Shown here piece by piece: positions 31,155-40,500 of a stretch of 64,000 nt of DNA. The stretch is taken from positions 186,001 to 250,000 of the forward strand of contig VRVR01000038.1 of assembly GCA_009859145.1 (NCBI GenBank), in the 5' to 3' direction. The DNA comes from Andalucia godoyi And28 (taxonomy: Eukaryota > Protista > Jakobida). The position numbers and the translations under genes are program-made. Under the pieces are notes generated by a model. That model was not told where the DNA came from. It saw nothing but the letters and a program-made list of their open reading frames with translations, and made no database searches. Positions within the stretch are counted from its first letter, which is position 1. Every line of letters starts with the position of its first letter.

Positions 31155-32504
31155 TCACAAGCGATGCCCTTCGGTGAGGGAGGACTGGAGCAGCCGGACT
31201 CCTGCAAAGCACTGATCTGCTAAAAATCGGCGCATCGTCATCTCATTTCTCTCCTCCGCGATGCGGATACCGTTGTGTAGTGCAAAAACATGCTCGTCGG
31301 CCATGAGTTCAATGTCTTCTTGCTCAAAGAGGTCTTGAAAAAAAGGATGCCGCATTGCATCCACTGCGGAAATCCGCTGGCGCGGATCGTATTTAAGCAT
31401 CCTGGAAATCAGGTCGAGGGAGTCTGGTGGAGCATCGGGCAGCAGATTCTGCCAGCGATCGCTTGCGCCTTCTCCGGAGCTGGAAAGATACGCGAGGTAC
31501 TGTGTAAGTTCCGTTTTTGCCTCTTCGGTCGCACCCTCTGCGATCTTCATTCCGAGCAAGTCCGTTTGCGACGGTAACCCACAGTGCCGAACGAGACACT
31601 TGATCTGTTCGTAGAAATCTTTTCCCGGGAACATCGGCTTTCTTGAAAAGAACTCTGCAAGAATGCATCCAGCTGACCAGATATCAATGGCCGTTGTATA
31701 CGACAGGGTCCCCAGCAGAACCTCTGGTGCGCGGTACCATCTTGTGACGACATATCCAGTCATTTGCAAGTTTGTCGTGCTTTCATCTTGAGAAAGCTCG
31801 GTCTGTGTCGAATCAGAGGAGCACCTTCTCTGTTCGTTCATGGACATGTCTGGGGAGTTTCCGTGCTGCGGGTGCTGGTGGTGGTGTTGTCCAGAGGGCG
31901 AGTGCGAGTGCGAGTGGGAGTGGGGAGCGGGAGCCGGCGAGTGTCGCCGGAATGCAGATGGATCCACTCGAGCGAGTCCAAAGTCCGCAATCTTAATTTC
32001 ACATGTCTTGTTGCAGAGGATGTTAGAAGGCTTCAGGTCGCGATGGACCACGTTCCCCGAGTGCAGATACGCGAGGGCCGCAAGCACTTGGTACATAAAA
32101 TACTGGATATGAGCTCTCGACAGCGGCTGTTTGCTTGCAAGCACATGTTCCAAATCGGTGTCCATGACTCTCGTTACCAGATAGACGTCGTTCCACTCTG
32201 GCATATTCGAGATGTCTGGATGCCCCCGCAGCTGCGCGGGTGGCAGCACATACTCCAGCGACAACAGATTCTCATGTTTCGCACTTCGCATAATGATGAT
32301 TTCTCTTACGACCCGTTTTGTGTGTTCCAGATGCTCAAACACCCGCTCGATCTTCTTGATAGCAACCCACTCCTTGTCCAACGTCGCATCCGCCAAACTC
32401 ACAGGCCTCTGCACACTGCTTTTGCACACGATCCCCGTCGACCCACTTCCAACCACAATGCTCTCTTGAAACTCGTGTCCTGGACAAAACTCTCGTATAG
32501 ACAT
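31155..32504 (-). CDS. MAP kinase (CMGC) with TGY activation motif
   Basis: GSGSTG, VAIKK, HRDLKPSN, DFG, TGYVVTRWYRAPE, DIWSAGCI and PGKD. Confidence 0.92.
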   Translation of the reverse strand: MSIREFCPGHEFQESIVVGSGSTGIVCKSSVQRPVSLADATLDKEWVAIKKIERVFEHLEHTKRVVREIIIMRSAKHENLLSLEYVLPPAQLRGHPDISNMPEWNDVYLVTRVMDTDLEHVLASKQPLSRAHIQYFMYQVLAALAYLHSGNVVHRDLKPSNILCNKTCEIKIADFGLARVDPSAFRRHSPAPAPHSHSHSHSPSGQHHHQHPQHGNSPDMSMNEQRRCSSDSTQTELSQDESTTNLQMTGYVVTRWYRAPEVLLGTLSYTTAIDIWSAGCILAEFFSRKPMFPGKDFYEQIKCLVRHCGLPSQTDLLGMKIAEGATEEAKTELTQYLAYLSSSGEGASDRWQNLLPDAPPDSLDLISRMLKYDPRQRISAVDAMRHPFFQDLFEQEDIELMADEHVFALHNGIRIAEERNEMTMRRFLADQCFAGVRLLQSSLTEGHRL

Positions 32505-33413
32505 ACCCGGCACACGTCCTAGTCGTTCGCCCCAACAAACCGTCTGCGCGAATCCTCTACCTTTTAATGCAGATTTATATATCCAATCAATTAAGAATGT
32601 TAATATATATATATATATATGTATGAACAAACAAAAATGACGATTATTAGAGTTGGAAGTGAGCACAGTAACTGGAGAATGAGCTATAAGGAATGCTCTT
32701 GCGGGAGGGCGGATTCGTAAACGATTCATCTGAAGAAGTGCGGAATCCGTCCATCTCGTGCCATCAACTCTCTGCTTCCAGACCGCGAGGAAAAACTCTC
32801 AGACACTCAGACACCAAAGATGGCTACGTCTCCTTCTCGGACCCGGGAAACCACGTTCCACCAAAACCCCCTACAAAACCCCACAAAACAAAACGAATAA
32901 ATAAAACAGTTTAGAAAAAATAAAATAAAAGAAAGAACAGGCTAAAAAAACAGCTGTAGCAGCTCACCGTGAACCCAACTGTAATAAACAAAAAGCATCC
33001 AGATTTCCCAAAAATAGGAAAAGGAAAACAAAAAGTTCCGTTTCGAAACGGATGAAAGAGGGAATAAGGAAAACATGAAATATCATCACGTTTTCGAAAT
33101 TTCGATCACCATTTTCATCTATATATTTTTCATCTTCCAGCTTCTTGTTTTTCTTGTTTTTGATAGTTTTTCTTTTTCGCTTTTTTTATCATCTTGAAAT
33201 CTGCGTTTCTTTCAAATATTTATTTTACTCCAGTAGTTTTTGGTTTTTGGTTTTTGCTTTCCGCCAAACTCTTTCTGTGTTTCAAACTTCTTTGTGTATG
33301 TATACGTATATATAAGCGTGTTCTTTCGTTGCAGTCGTAATATTTCTGTTGAGTACATATACATATTTTTGTTGTTAGTTTCTGTAAAAAGCAGGGAGAG
33401 GAAAAGGAGGGAT

Positions 33414-35318
33414 ATGTCGTCGTCTGCTGCCAAGCCTGCGGATCCAAAGGCAGCACCAGCAGCGGCGAAAACCACGATTTCTGCGCTGTACGAGTTTGGA
33501 AAGTTTCGATCTCGATGGACGTTCCTGATTGCGATGATTGTGTTGTATGATGTGCTTGCGATCCCCTTTATGATTTGCTTCCATGTTGGAGACGATATTC
33601 CTACGTTGGTTGTGAATGCATTTCTAGACTCGTTGCTGATTGCAGATGTCGTTCTGCAGACGTATTTTCCATTCGAGATGGATGGGCTTGTGATCCACGG
33701 ACGAAAACACATCATCCGAAACTACTTTTCAACGTGGATGATCCCAGACATACTTGCGTCCATCCCGTTTGATGTGCTGCAGGCGATTCCCTCGGTTGGA
33801 ATCAACCCGCTGACGCGCATCAACAAGCTCATTCGCATGTTTCGACTGTCCTACTATTCAGAACTGCTGGAGAAGCATTCTCGGCTCAACCCGTCCGTCG
33901 TTCGCATCCTCAAGTTCACCATGGTTGTGTTGCTTGTGAGTCACTATGTGGCGTGCGGATGGTTCCTGGTGATCTACATTGAGGGAAGCGCTGTCTCGCA
34001 GCAGTGGACGTCCGACCCAGGGTTCCTGCAAAAGCCTGTGTATTATCAGTACCTTGTCTCCTTTTACTGGTCGCTGGTGACGATGACAGGCTATGGTGGA
34101 CCCCTGCCCATCACCGATCTGGAAACGACATATACGCTGTTTGTGGTGATTATAGGTGTCGCAGTGTACGTTACGATTATCGGTACGGTGGGATCGCTTG
34201 TGACGAATCTGGACTCCAGCGCATCGGCATTCCGCCAAAAGATGGACACAATCAACGATTATATGAAGTACAGAAGACTGCCGCTGGATCTGCAGAATCG
34301 CGTGCGGTCCTACTACACTTATCTGTGGAAGTCGCGTAAAGGCCTGGACGAAACGCAGGTGTTGGAAGATCTGCCGTCGTACTTGCGAATGGAAGTCGCG
34401 CTGTTTCTGAACAGGGAGATTATCCAAAAGGTTCCGCTGTTCCAAGGCGCGGATCCGCAGTTCATCTCCACGATTGTGATGAGCATGAGACCGCGTGTTT
34501 CGCTGCCGAACAGTTACATCATCAAGAAGGGTGAGGTTGGAAAGGAAATGTTCTTTATTTCGCGAGGCGAAGTCGAGGTTGTTTCGGAAGACGGCGCAGT
34601 CGTGTATGCGCGTCTGAAGGAAGGATCCTTCTTTGGAGAAATTGCGCTTGTGACGTCCGGAAAACGCACCGCATCTGTTCGAGCCGCCACGTATTGCGAC
34701 CTGTTCGTGTTGATGAAGGAGGATTTTGACGAGGTTTTAGCCGATTTCCCCGAGCAGGCGAAGGCTATTCTGCAAGCCGCCGAGGCGCGGTACAATCTCA
34801 TCAAGAAGACATCGACCTCGGACGATAAGGCCAAGCCTCCCGTGGCCGCTCCTTCTTCGTCTGGTAGCTCGTCATCCATCAAGGAAGATGCAGCGCCAAA
34901 GCTTCCGCAGAGTTCTTCGTCATCGTCCGTAAAGAGCGAATCTTCCGCGCCTCCACCCAGTGCAGGAGCAGCAGCGGCAAACGGAGGAAGTGCGAATGGC
35001 GGCGGAGGGGATGGAGGGGATGAAAGTGGAACAGCAGCGGCTGCAGTCGTTGAAAAGAAGGATTCCAGCAGCGCAATCCGAACGTCGGATGAAAGCAATC
35101 AGCCGCCGAAGCAATCGGTTCCTCCTGCAATGCCTGATACGTCTTCTTCCTCTTTCACCGCCGTCTCTACATCTGCCTCGTCGTCGTCGTCGTCGTCGCC
35201 GCCGCCACCACCACCACCATCGTTGCAGCCTGCTCCAGAGCCTTCATCCGAACAGCCCGTTGCCGCGGGACCAGCTTCGGCAGGATCGCAGCAGGCTTCT
35301 GCAGAACCCTCTTCTTGA
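33414..35318 (+). CDS. Cyclic-nucleotide-binding-domain (CNG/HCN-like) cation channel 2, paralogue of 28659-30834
   Basis: Same architecture; S4 RINKLIRMFRL and CNBD GSFFGEIALV..RTASVRA. Long stretches align with channel 1. Confidence 0.92.
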   Translation: MSSSAAKPADPKAAPAAAKTTISALYEFGKFRSRWTFLIAMIVLYDVLAIPFMICFHVGDDIPTLVVNAFLDSLLIADVVLQTYFPFEMDGLVIHGRKHIIRNYFSTWMIPDILASIPFDVLQAIPSVGINPLTRINKLIRMFRLSYYSELLEKHSRLNPSVVRILKFTMVVLLVSHYVACGWFLVIYIEGSAVSQQWTSDPGFLQKPVYYQYLVSFYWSLVTMTGYGGPLPITDLETTYTLFVVIIGVAVYVTIIGTVGSLVTNLDSSASAFRQKMDTINDYMKYRRLPLDLQNRVRSYYTYLWKSRKGLDETQVLEDLPSYLRMEVALFLNREIIQKVPLFQGADPQFISTIVMSMRPRVSLPNSYIIKKGEVGKEMFFISRGEVEVVSEDGAVVYARLKEGSFFGEIALVTSGKRTASVRAATYCDLFVLMKEDFDEVLADFPEQAKAILQAAEARYNLIKKTSTSDDKAKPPVAAPSSSGSSSSIKEDAAPKLPQSSSSSSVKSESSAPPPSAGAAAANGGSANGGGGDGGDESGTAAAAVVEKKDSSSAIRTSDESNQPPKQSVPPAMPDTSSSSFTAVSTSASSSSSSSPPPPPPPSLQPAPEPSSEQPVAAGPASAGSQQASAEPSS

Positions 35319-35638
35319 CAAACTTCGGCAAGCAATGAGCCGGTCGTTCAGAAGGATTGAGGAATCCTAGACTATTCACCACCATTCATTATGTATCCAT
35401 GTATTCGTGTCTCTATGTATTGTTTTCCCCTTTCTTTCAAATTTGATTGCTTGTACATTTTCAAACGTTTTGCAAATCGCAACTTGTCGACAATGCGCTC
35501 CAATTGACCATCAGCATAACTTTGCACAGGAATGCAACACTATTCGATTTCTCTGATGCCTCGACAGAGAGACCAAAACAGAGAGAGAGAGAGAGAGACC
35601 AAAACAGAGAGAGAGAGACTATTGAGCGATTTTACATC

Positions 35639-36142
35639 ATGGATATCGAAATTGATCAGCTTCCGAGCGCGTTTGCGATCGTCCGCGTCATTCAGCAGAA
35701 ACCAATCACGACGTATGCATATCCGATGCTATCGTTGGAAGACCAAGCGCAACTCGAGAACCTTGTTTTGGCCCACATCAGCACGACCATGACTACCACT
35801 ACCAGCACCAATTCATCATCGTCATCGGCGGGGTTTGCCACTGCGACGGGGGACGATGCAATGGAGAGTGGACAGAGCGCAGAAGACCATGTTTTCAGAG
35901 GCAAATGCAGCACCGAGGGTGGTGGAGAGCGGTTTTTTGTTGGCCGGAAAATGGCGGTCTCATCGAATGATCCAAAAGCTGCTCAGCAGCAGCAACAGTT
36001 TGTATTTGCGTATTCGACGGAGCAGAATGACCAGAAACTAGACGCGGTCATCAAGTACCTGAAGTCCGTCTATTCGGAATCACCAGTCGACATGGTCGAA
36101 GGCTTCCTTGCCATCTACACAAAACGGAAGATCCCTGTTTAA
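35639..36142 (+). CDS. Small protein resembling the N-terminal uDENN/longin module of DENND10/FAM45
   Basis: 167 aa from ATG 35639. YLKSVYSESPVDMVEGFLAIYTK resembles the end of the FAM45 uDENN region as I recall it. Confidence 0.5.
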   Translation: MDIEIDQLPSAFAIVRVIQQKPITTYAYPMLSLEDQAQLENLVLAHISTTMTTTTSTNSSSSSAGFATATGDDAMESGQSAEDHVFRGKCSTEGGGERFFVGRKMAVSSNDPKAAQQQQQFVFAYSTEQNDQKLDAVIKYLKSVYSESPVDMVEGFLAIYTKRKIPV

Positions 36143-36360
36143 CACTTTGCAATTGATTTATCCGTTCAATAATAATAATAAATACGCACAGCAAGACGCC
36201 TGCGGATGTCCACCGATCACCAAAAACGTGAATCACTACTGATCATCGGCTTAGCGGTCACCAAAGACAGATCCAAGCCTCGCGTTTTTTGTTTTTTGTT
36301 TTTGTTTTTGGGCTATTTTATTTCGGGCGAGCACCACCTCTTCCATGCAGTCAAAGGATC

Positions 36361-36529
36361 ATCGCAACCAAACCTATTCCCCAATCGATTCAACATTCAT
36401 AAAATAAACGTTGGAGGAAACAGAATGTAGTCGGCGAACGCCGCCGCGCATGCGATGTGTTTTGTCATTGTCTCTGATGAAAGGTGCTGCTTGAGGGTTC
36501 GATTATAAATATAAGAAACAAACAGAAAA
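36361..36529. repeat. Copy 2 of the 169-bp non-coding element (identical to 8991-9159)
   Basis: Direct comparison; offset 27,370 bp. Confidence 0.95.
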
Positions 36530-36798
36530 ATGGTGGAAAGAAAAAAAAAAGTGAAGAATGAAGAAACTCGGAAAAAAGACATCTTTATGCTGGTAAAAAT
36601 GTTTCCGGTATGATATTGTTTGATGTTCAACGTTGATAGACACGCAAAACGGTGTGGAGCAGTCGTAACGAATTGGAGGTATTCGAGGACTTTCAATCAG
36701 AGGCAGTCGAATGTCGTCCGAATTGTGTGTCAAAAAGAAAAAAGAAAAAGACGACGAAACAAAAGGAGAGAGGAAGCGGAAGAGGAGGAAGCAAGACA

Positions 36799-37263
36799 AT
36801 GTCGAAGCAGCCGATTGTGTACATGACGCGAAGAGAAACGTTTTCGTCGGCGCATCGACTGCATAGTTTTGAGCTGAGCGATGCTGAAAACCAGCGGATA
36901 TTTGCAAAGTGCAACAACCCGCATTCGCATGGCCACAACTATGTCTTGTATGTGACGCTTCGGGGTGCGGTGAATGCGGCAACTGGGATGGTGATGAACC
37001 TTGTAGACTTGAAAAGAGTGATTCAAGCTGCAGTTTTGCAGCATCTGGACCACCGAAACATCGATGTCGAGGTCGCGTGGTTCCGAGACCACCAGCGAGT
37101 CTCTACCACGGAAAACGTAGCAGTGTTTGCATGGGAGAGCATCGCATCGGAGCTTGCTGCACAAGGATTCGACCAGAGTCTATTGCACGAAATTCGCGTC
37201 GACGAAACCGAGAATAATTCGTTTGTATTTCGCGGAGAAACGGACGTCGGGATCGGGCATTAA
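36799..37263 (+). CDS. PTS: 6-pyruvoyl-tetrahydropterin synthase
   Basis: FSSAHRL, KCNNPHSHGHNY, GMVMNL, LDHRNI, STTENVA and ETENN motifs. Confidence 0.95.
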   Translation: MSKQPIVYMTRRETFSSAHRLHSFELSDAENQRIFAKCNNPHSHGHNYVLYVTLRGAVNAATGMVMNLVDLKRVIQAAVLQHLDHRNIDVEVAWFRDHQRVSTTENVAVFAWESIASELAAQGFDQSLLHEIRVDETENNSFVFRGETDVGIGH

Positions 37264-37589
37264 AAAAAAAAAGAGCCCGACTTTCCCGAACGCTTGTTAT
37301 GTCTTCCTTTCCTTTTTGCGCGGGAAACACAGTTCAACACCCCAGACCTCGTCCAAAGCAGCCACGCAAAAAGTCGTGTCTCCCCCCCAAAAAAAAATAA
37401 TAATAAAAATAATAATAAAATAATAAATAATAATAAATCAATAAAATTAAAATAAAAATGCAAAAGAACTACTTTAGATAAAGACACCGCTCCGTTGTTG
37501 CGCTTCTCTTGTCTTTTTTGCATTTCTCTTACTTCTTGTTTTCCCCCTTTTTTTTCACTTGGCTGTTGCTGGAGGTTGAATCTTCCATC

Positions 37590-40500
37590 ATGTCGAATTC
37601 CTCTCGTCGTCTGCACAGCGAGAATCCTTTTGAAAGCACAGAAAATGATTCCAATTATTACAATCCACAAAGTATGTACGAAGACGATTCACAGTTCCAA
37701 GAATCTGGATTCGGAGCTGCGGGCCATGAAGATTTTGCGGCCACCCAGGTATCAGCACCCGTTCCCGCTCGCCCGAAGCCGCTGCACACCTCCGAGCCGT
37801 CTTCGTGGAGACGAGAAGCAGCACCGGAAATTGTAGACGGGCTGCTGGCCATCCCTCCCGAGATTCGAAATGCGTTCAACTATAACTACTTCAACAAAAT
37901 GCAGTCGGAGGTGTTCGACAAGGTGTACAACACGGACGAGTCCATGGTGGTCGGTGCGCCGACGGGCTGTGGAAAGACCGTCGTATTCGAGCTTGCTCTG
38001 CTTCGACTATTCTGCAGTCTGAGAACGGCGGATGCAAAGGCCATCTATATCGCTCCGTTGAAGTCGATTGTGCAGGAAAAGGAAACCGACTGGAACGAGA
38101 GACTTGGGTCATTTGGAATATCATGCGTCTCCGTGACGGGAGACTCGGAGATCGACGATGTTGCGGAGACGAAAAAGGCGCAGGTAATCTTGACCACGCC
38201 GGAGAAATGGGATTCTCTCACGAGGAGATGGAGAGAGAAGGGCAATTCATCAGCCTCCATCGTAGCAAAGACATCCTTGGTCATGATTGACGAAGTCCAT
38301 TTGCTGAACGAGGACCGCGGGGCAACTCTGGAAGCCATCGTGTCAAGAATGAAGATCATTATGAAGAGTGCGCTGATGCAAGGGAAGCTGACGTCGCGGC
38401 TTCGAATGATTGCACTTTCAGCCACGATTCCTAATATCGATGACCTAGGCGAGTGGATTGGAGCTGGTGCTGAATTCGTTTGCCGTTTCGGCGAAGAATA
38501 CCGTCCCGTGAAAGTTGAAATCGATGTTCAGTCATTTCTGCAAGATCGTAACGATTATTTGTTTGACAGAAATTTGATGTACAAAGTTTTCCCCATCATT
38601 CAGCAGCAGTCCGCTGGCAAGCCGACGCTTGTGTTCGTAGGCACCCGAAAGGGAACATCAGAAACCGCCACAAAGATTCTGGAGGCTGCTGGAAACGACT
38701 ACTTTGTGCGAGACCCTGATCAACGAAAGGAACTGGAGAGATCGAGTGCAGAAATTCAGGATACCGTACAAAGGGAGCTGTTGCTGCACGGGGTGGCGTG
38801 CTACCATTCGGGTATGGAAGCTCAGGATCGGAGGATCATCGAAAAGCAATTCCTAAGCGGCAACATTCGTGTACTTGTTTCGACATCTTCTTTAGCGCAG
38901 GGCGTGAATCTTCCAGCATACTTGGTGATCGTCAAAAATACGAAGCAGTATGAAAACGGAAAGATGGAGAACCTCCCCCGTTCTGCAATTCTGCAGATGA
39001 TTGGACGCGCCGGCAGACCGGGGTTTGAGACCAGCGGACGAGCAGTCATTTTAACCAGTCGCCAGACGGAGAGAATGTACATCAATCTTGCGAGCAACGC
39101 TGAGACGATTGAAAGCAATTTGCACAGGAACTTGATCGAGCACATCAATGCAGAAATATGCCTCCGAACGATCACGACTGTGCCGCTCGCACTGGAATGG
39201 CTGAGATCAACATTTTATTTCATTCGTGTGAAAAAGGCACCTGCAAAGTACGGTCTGTCGGACACAAGCGCAATGGCGGAAATTGTTTACAGCTTGGAGA
39301 AGATGATCGGCGATCATCTGAAGCAACTGAAAGAGCACGAACTCGCCATGATGGAGGATACGTCATTGGCCGTTGCTCCGACAGATTTTGGCATTCTCAT
39401 GGCCCGGTACTACCTCACTTTCGCAACCATGGTCAGCTTTGAAGATGTGAAGAACAGCAGTAATCTCAGCGATCTTCTGTGGGTTGTCAGCAGAGCCTTC
39501 GAGTATGGAGAAGGGATTGTTCGACAAACAGAAAAGAAACTGCTGAACCAGCTGAACAACGATGGAAAATTGCCTGGAGCGCCCAGGAAGAAAAGAAAAA
39601 GGGCTTCAGCGAGCGGGGCATCCGGGGGAGAGGGCGAGGAGGCAGATCGCCAGCCCGCGACTGCTCCTGCAGTTTCCGCAGAGTCTGTCGGGCTGCGCTT
39701 CCCGATTCCTTCCAAGATCAAGACCGTGGAGGAAAAGATCAATGTGCTCATACAGTCGTCGTTCTCCCGCAAAGCGATCGACGACTTCTCCCTCAAAATG
39801 GAGGCTACCAGCATTATGCAACAGGCAGAAAGAGTGAGTCGCTGTCTCGTGGACTACTGCCTTCTCAAAAGATTTGGCAATGCATCTGTCGACGCCATTA
39901 TCCTTCAAAAGTGCTTTCGCCAAAGAATGTGGGAAGTATCTCCTTACGTCACTGCGCAGCTCGAAGGAATCGGAGAGTCTCTCTCCAAATCACTTGCATC
40001 TGCCGGCGTCGCGACCTTTCAAGATCTTGAGGAAGCTGATCCACGAAAACTGGAAGCCGTCACACATCGAAACCCTCCCTTTGGAACGCAGTTGAAGGCG
40101 CAGTATTTCTCCATTCCACAGTACTCGTGCACCATGTTTCAGACCGGCGCACATGCCGCGGATTTCAAAGATCATCATGCAATCACGATTTCTGTCAGAG
40201 CTCTGCGGAAGGAGGAATTCAACACGCACACCACCGCTGGCAATTCCAGATCGAAGGCGAGGAATGTCAAGCGCAAGTACCACTACATTATTGTGGTGTC
40301 TTCGGGCGGAGATCTTTTGTACTCCGCAAAGTTCTGCTCGTCGGCGGACGAAGCATCGTCCAAATTATTTCAGTTTGCTGTCCGAAAAGCAGATCCGAAG
40401 GGTCCGAAGATTACCGTGCACTGCATTTCGGAGGATACCATTGGTTTGGATTCCCAACGATACCTGAATGTGGTCTATCCACCAAGACTCATTGAAGAAG

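Noticed and set aside
36799-37263. PTS + GCH1 as QueD/FolE of queuosine synthesis
   Set aside because: The active site is the BH4-type CNNPxxHGH, not QueD-type CxxxHGH, and no queE/queC is in the window.
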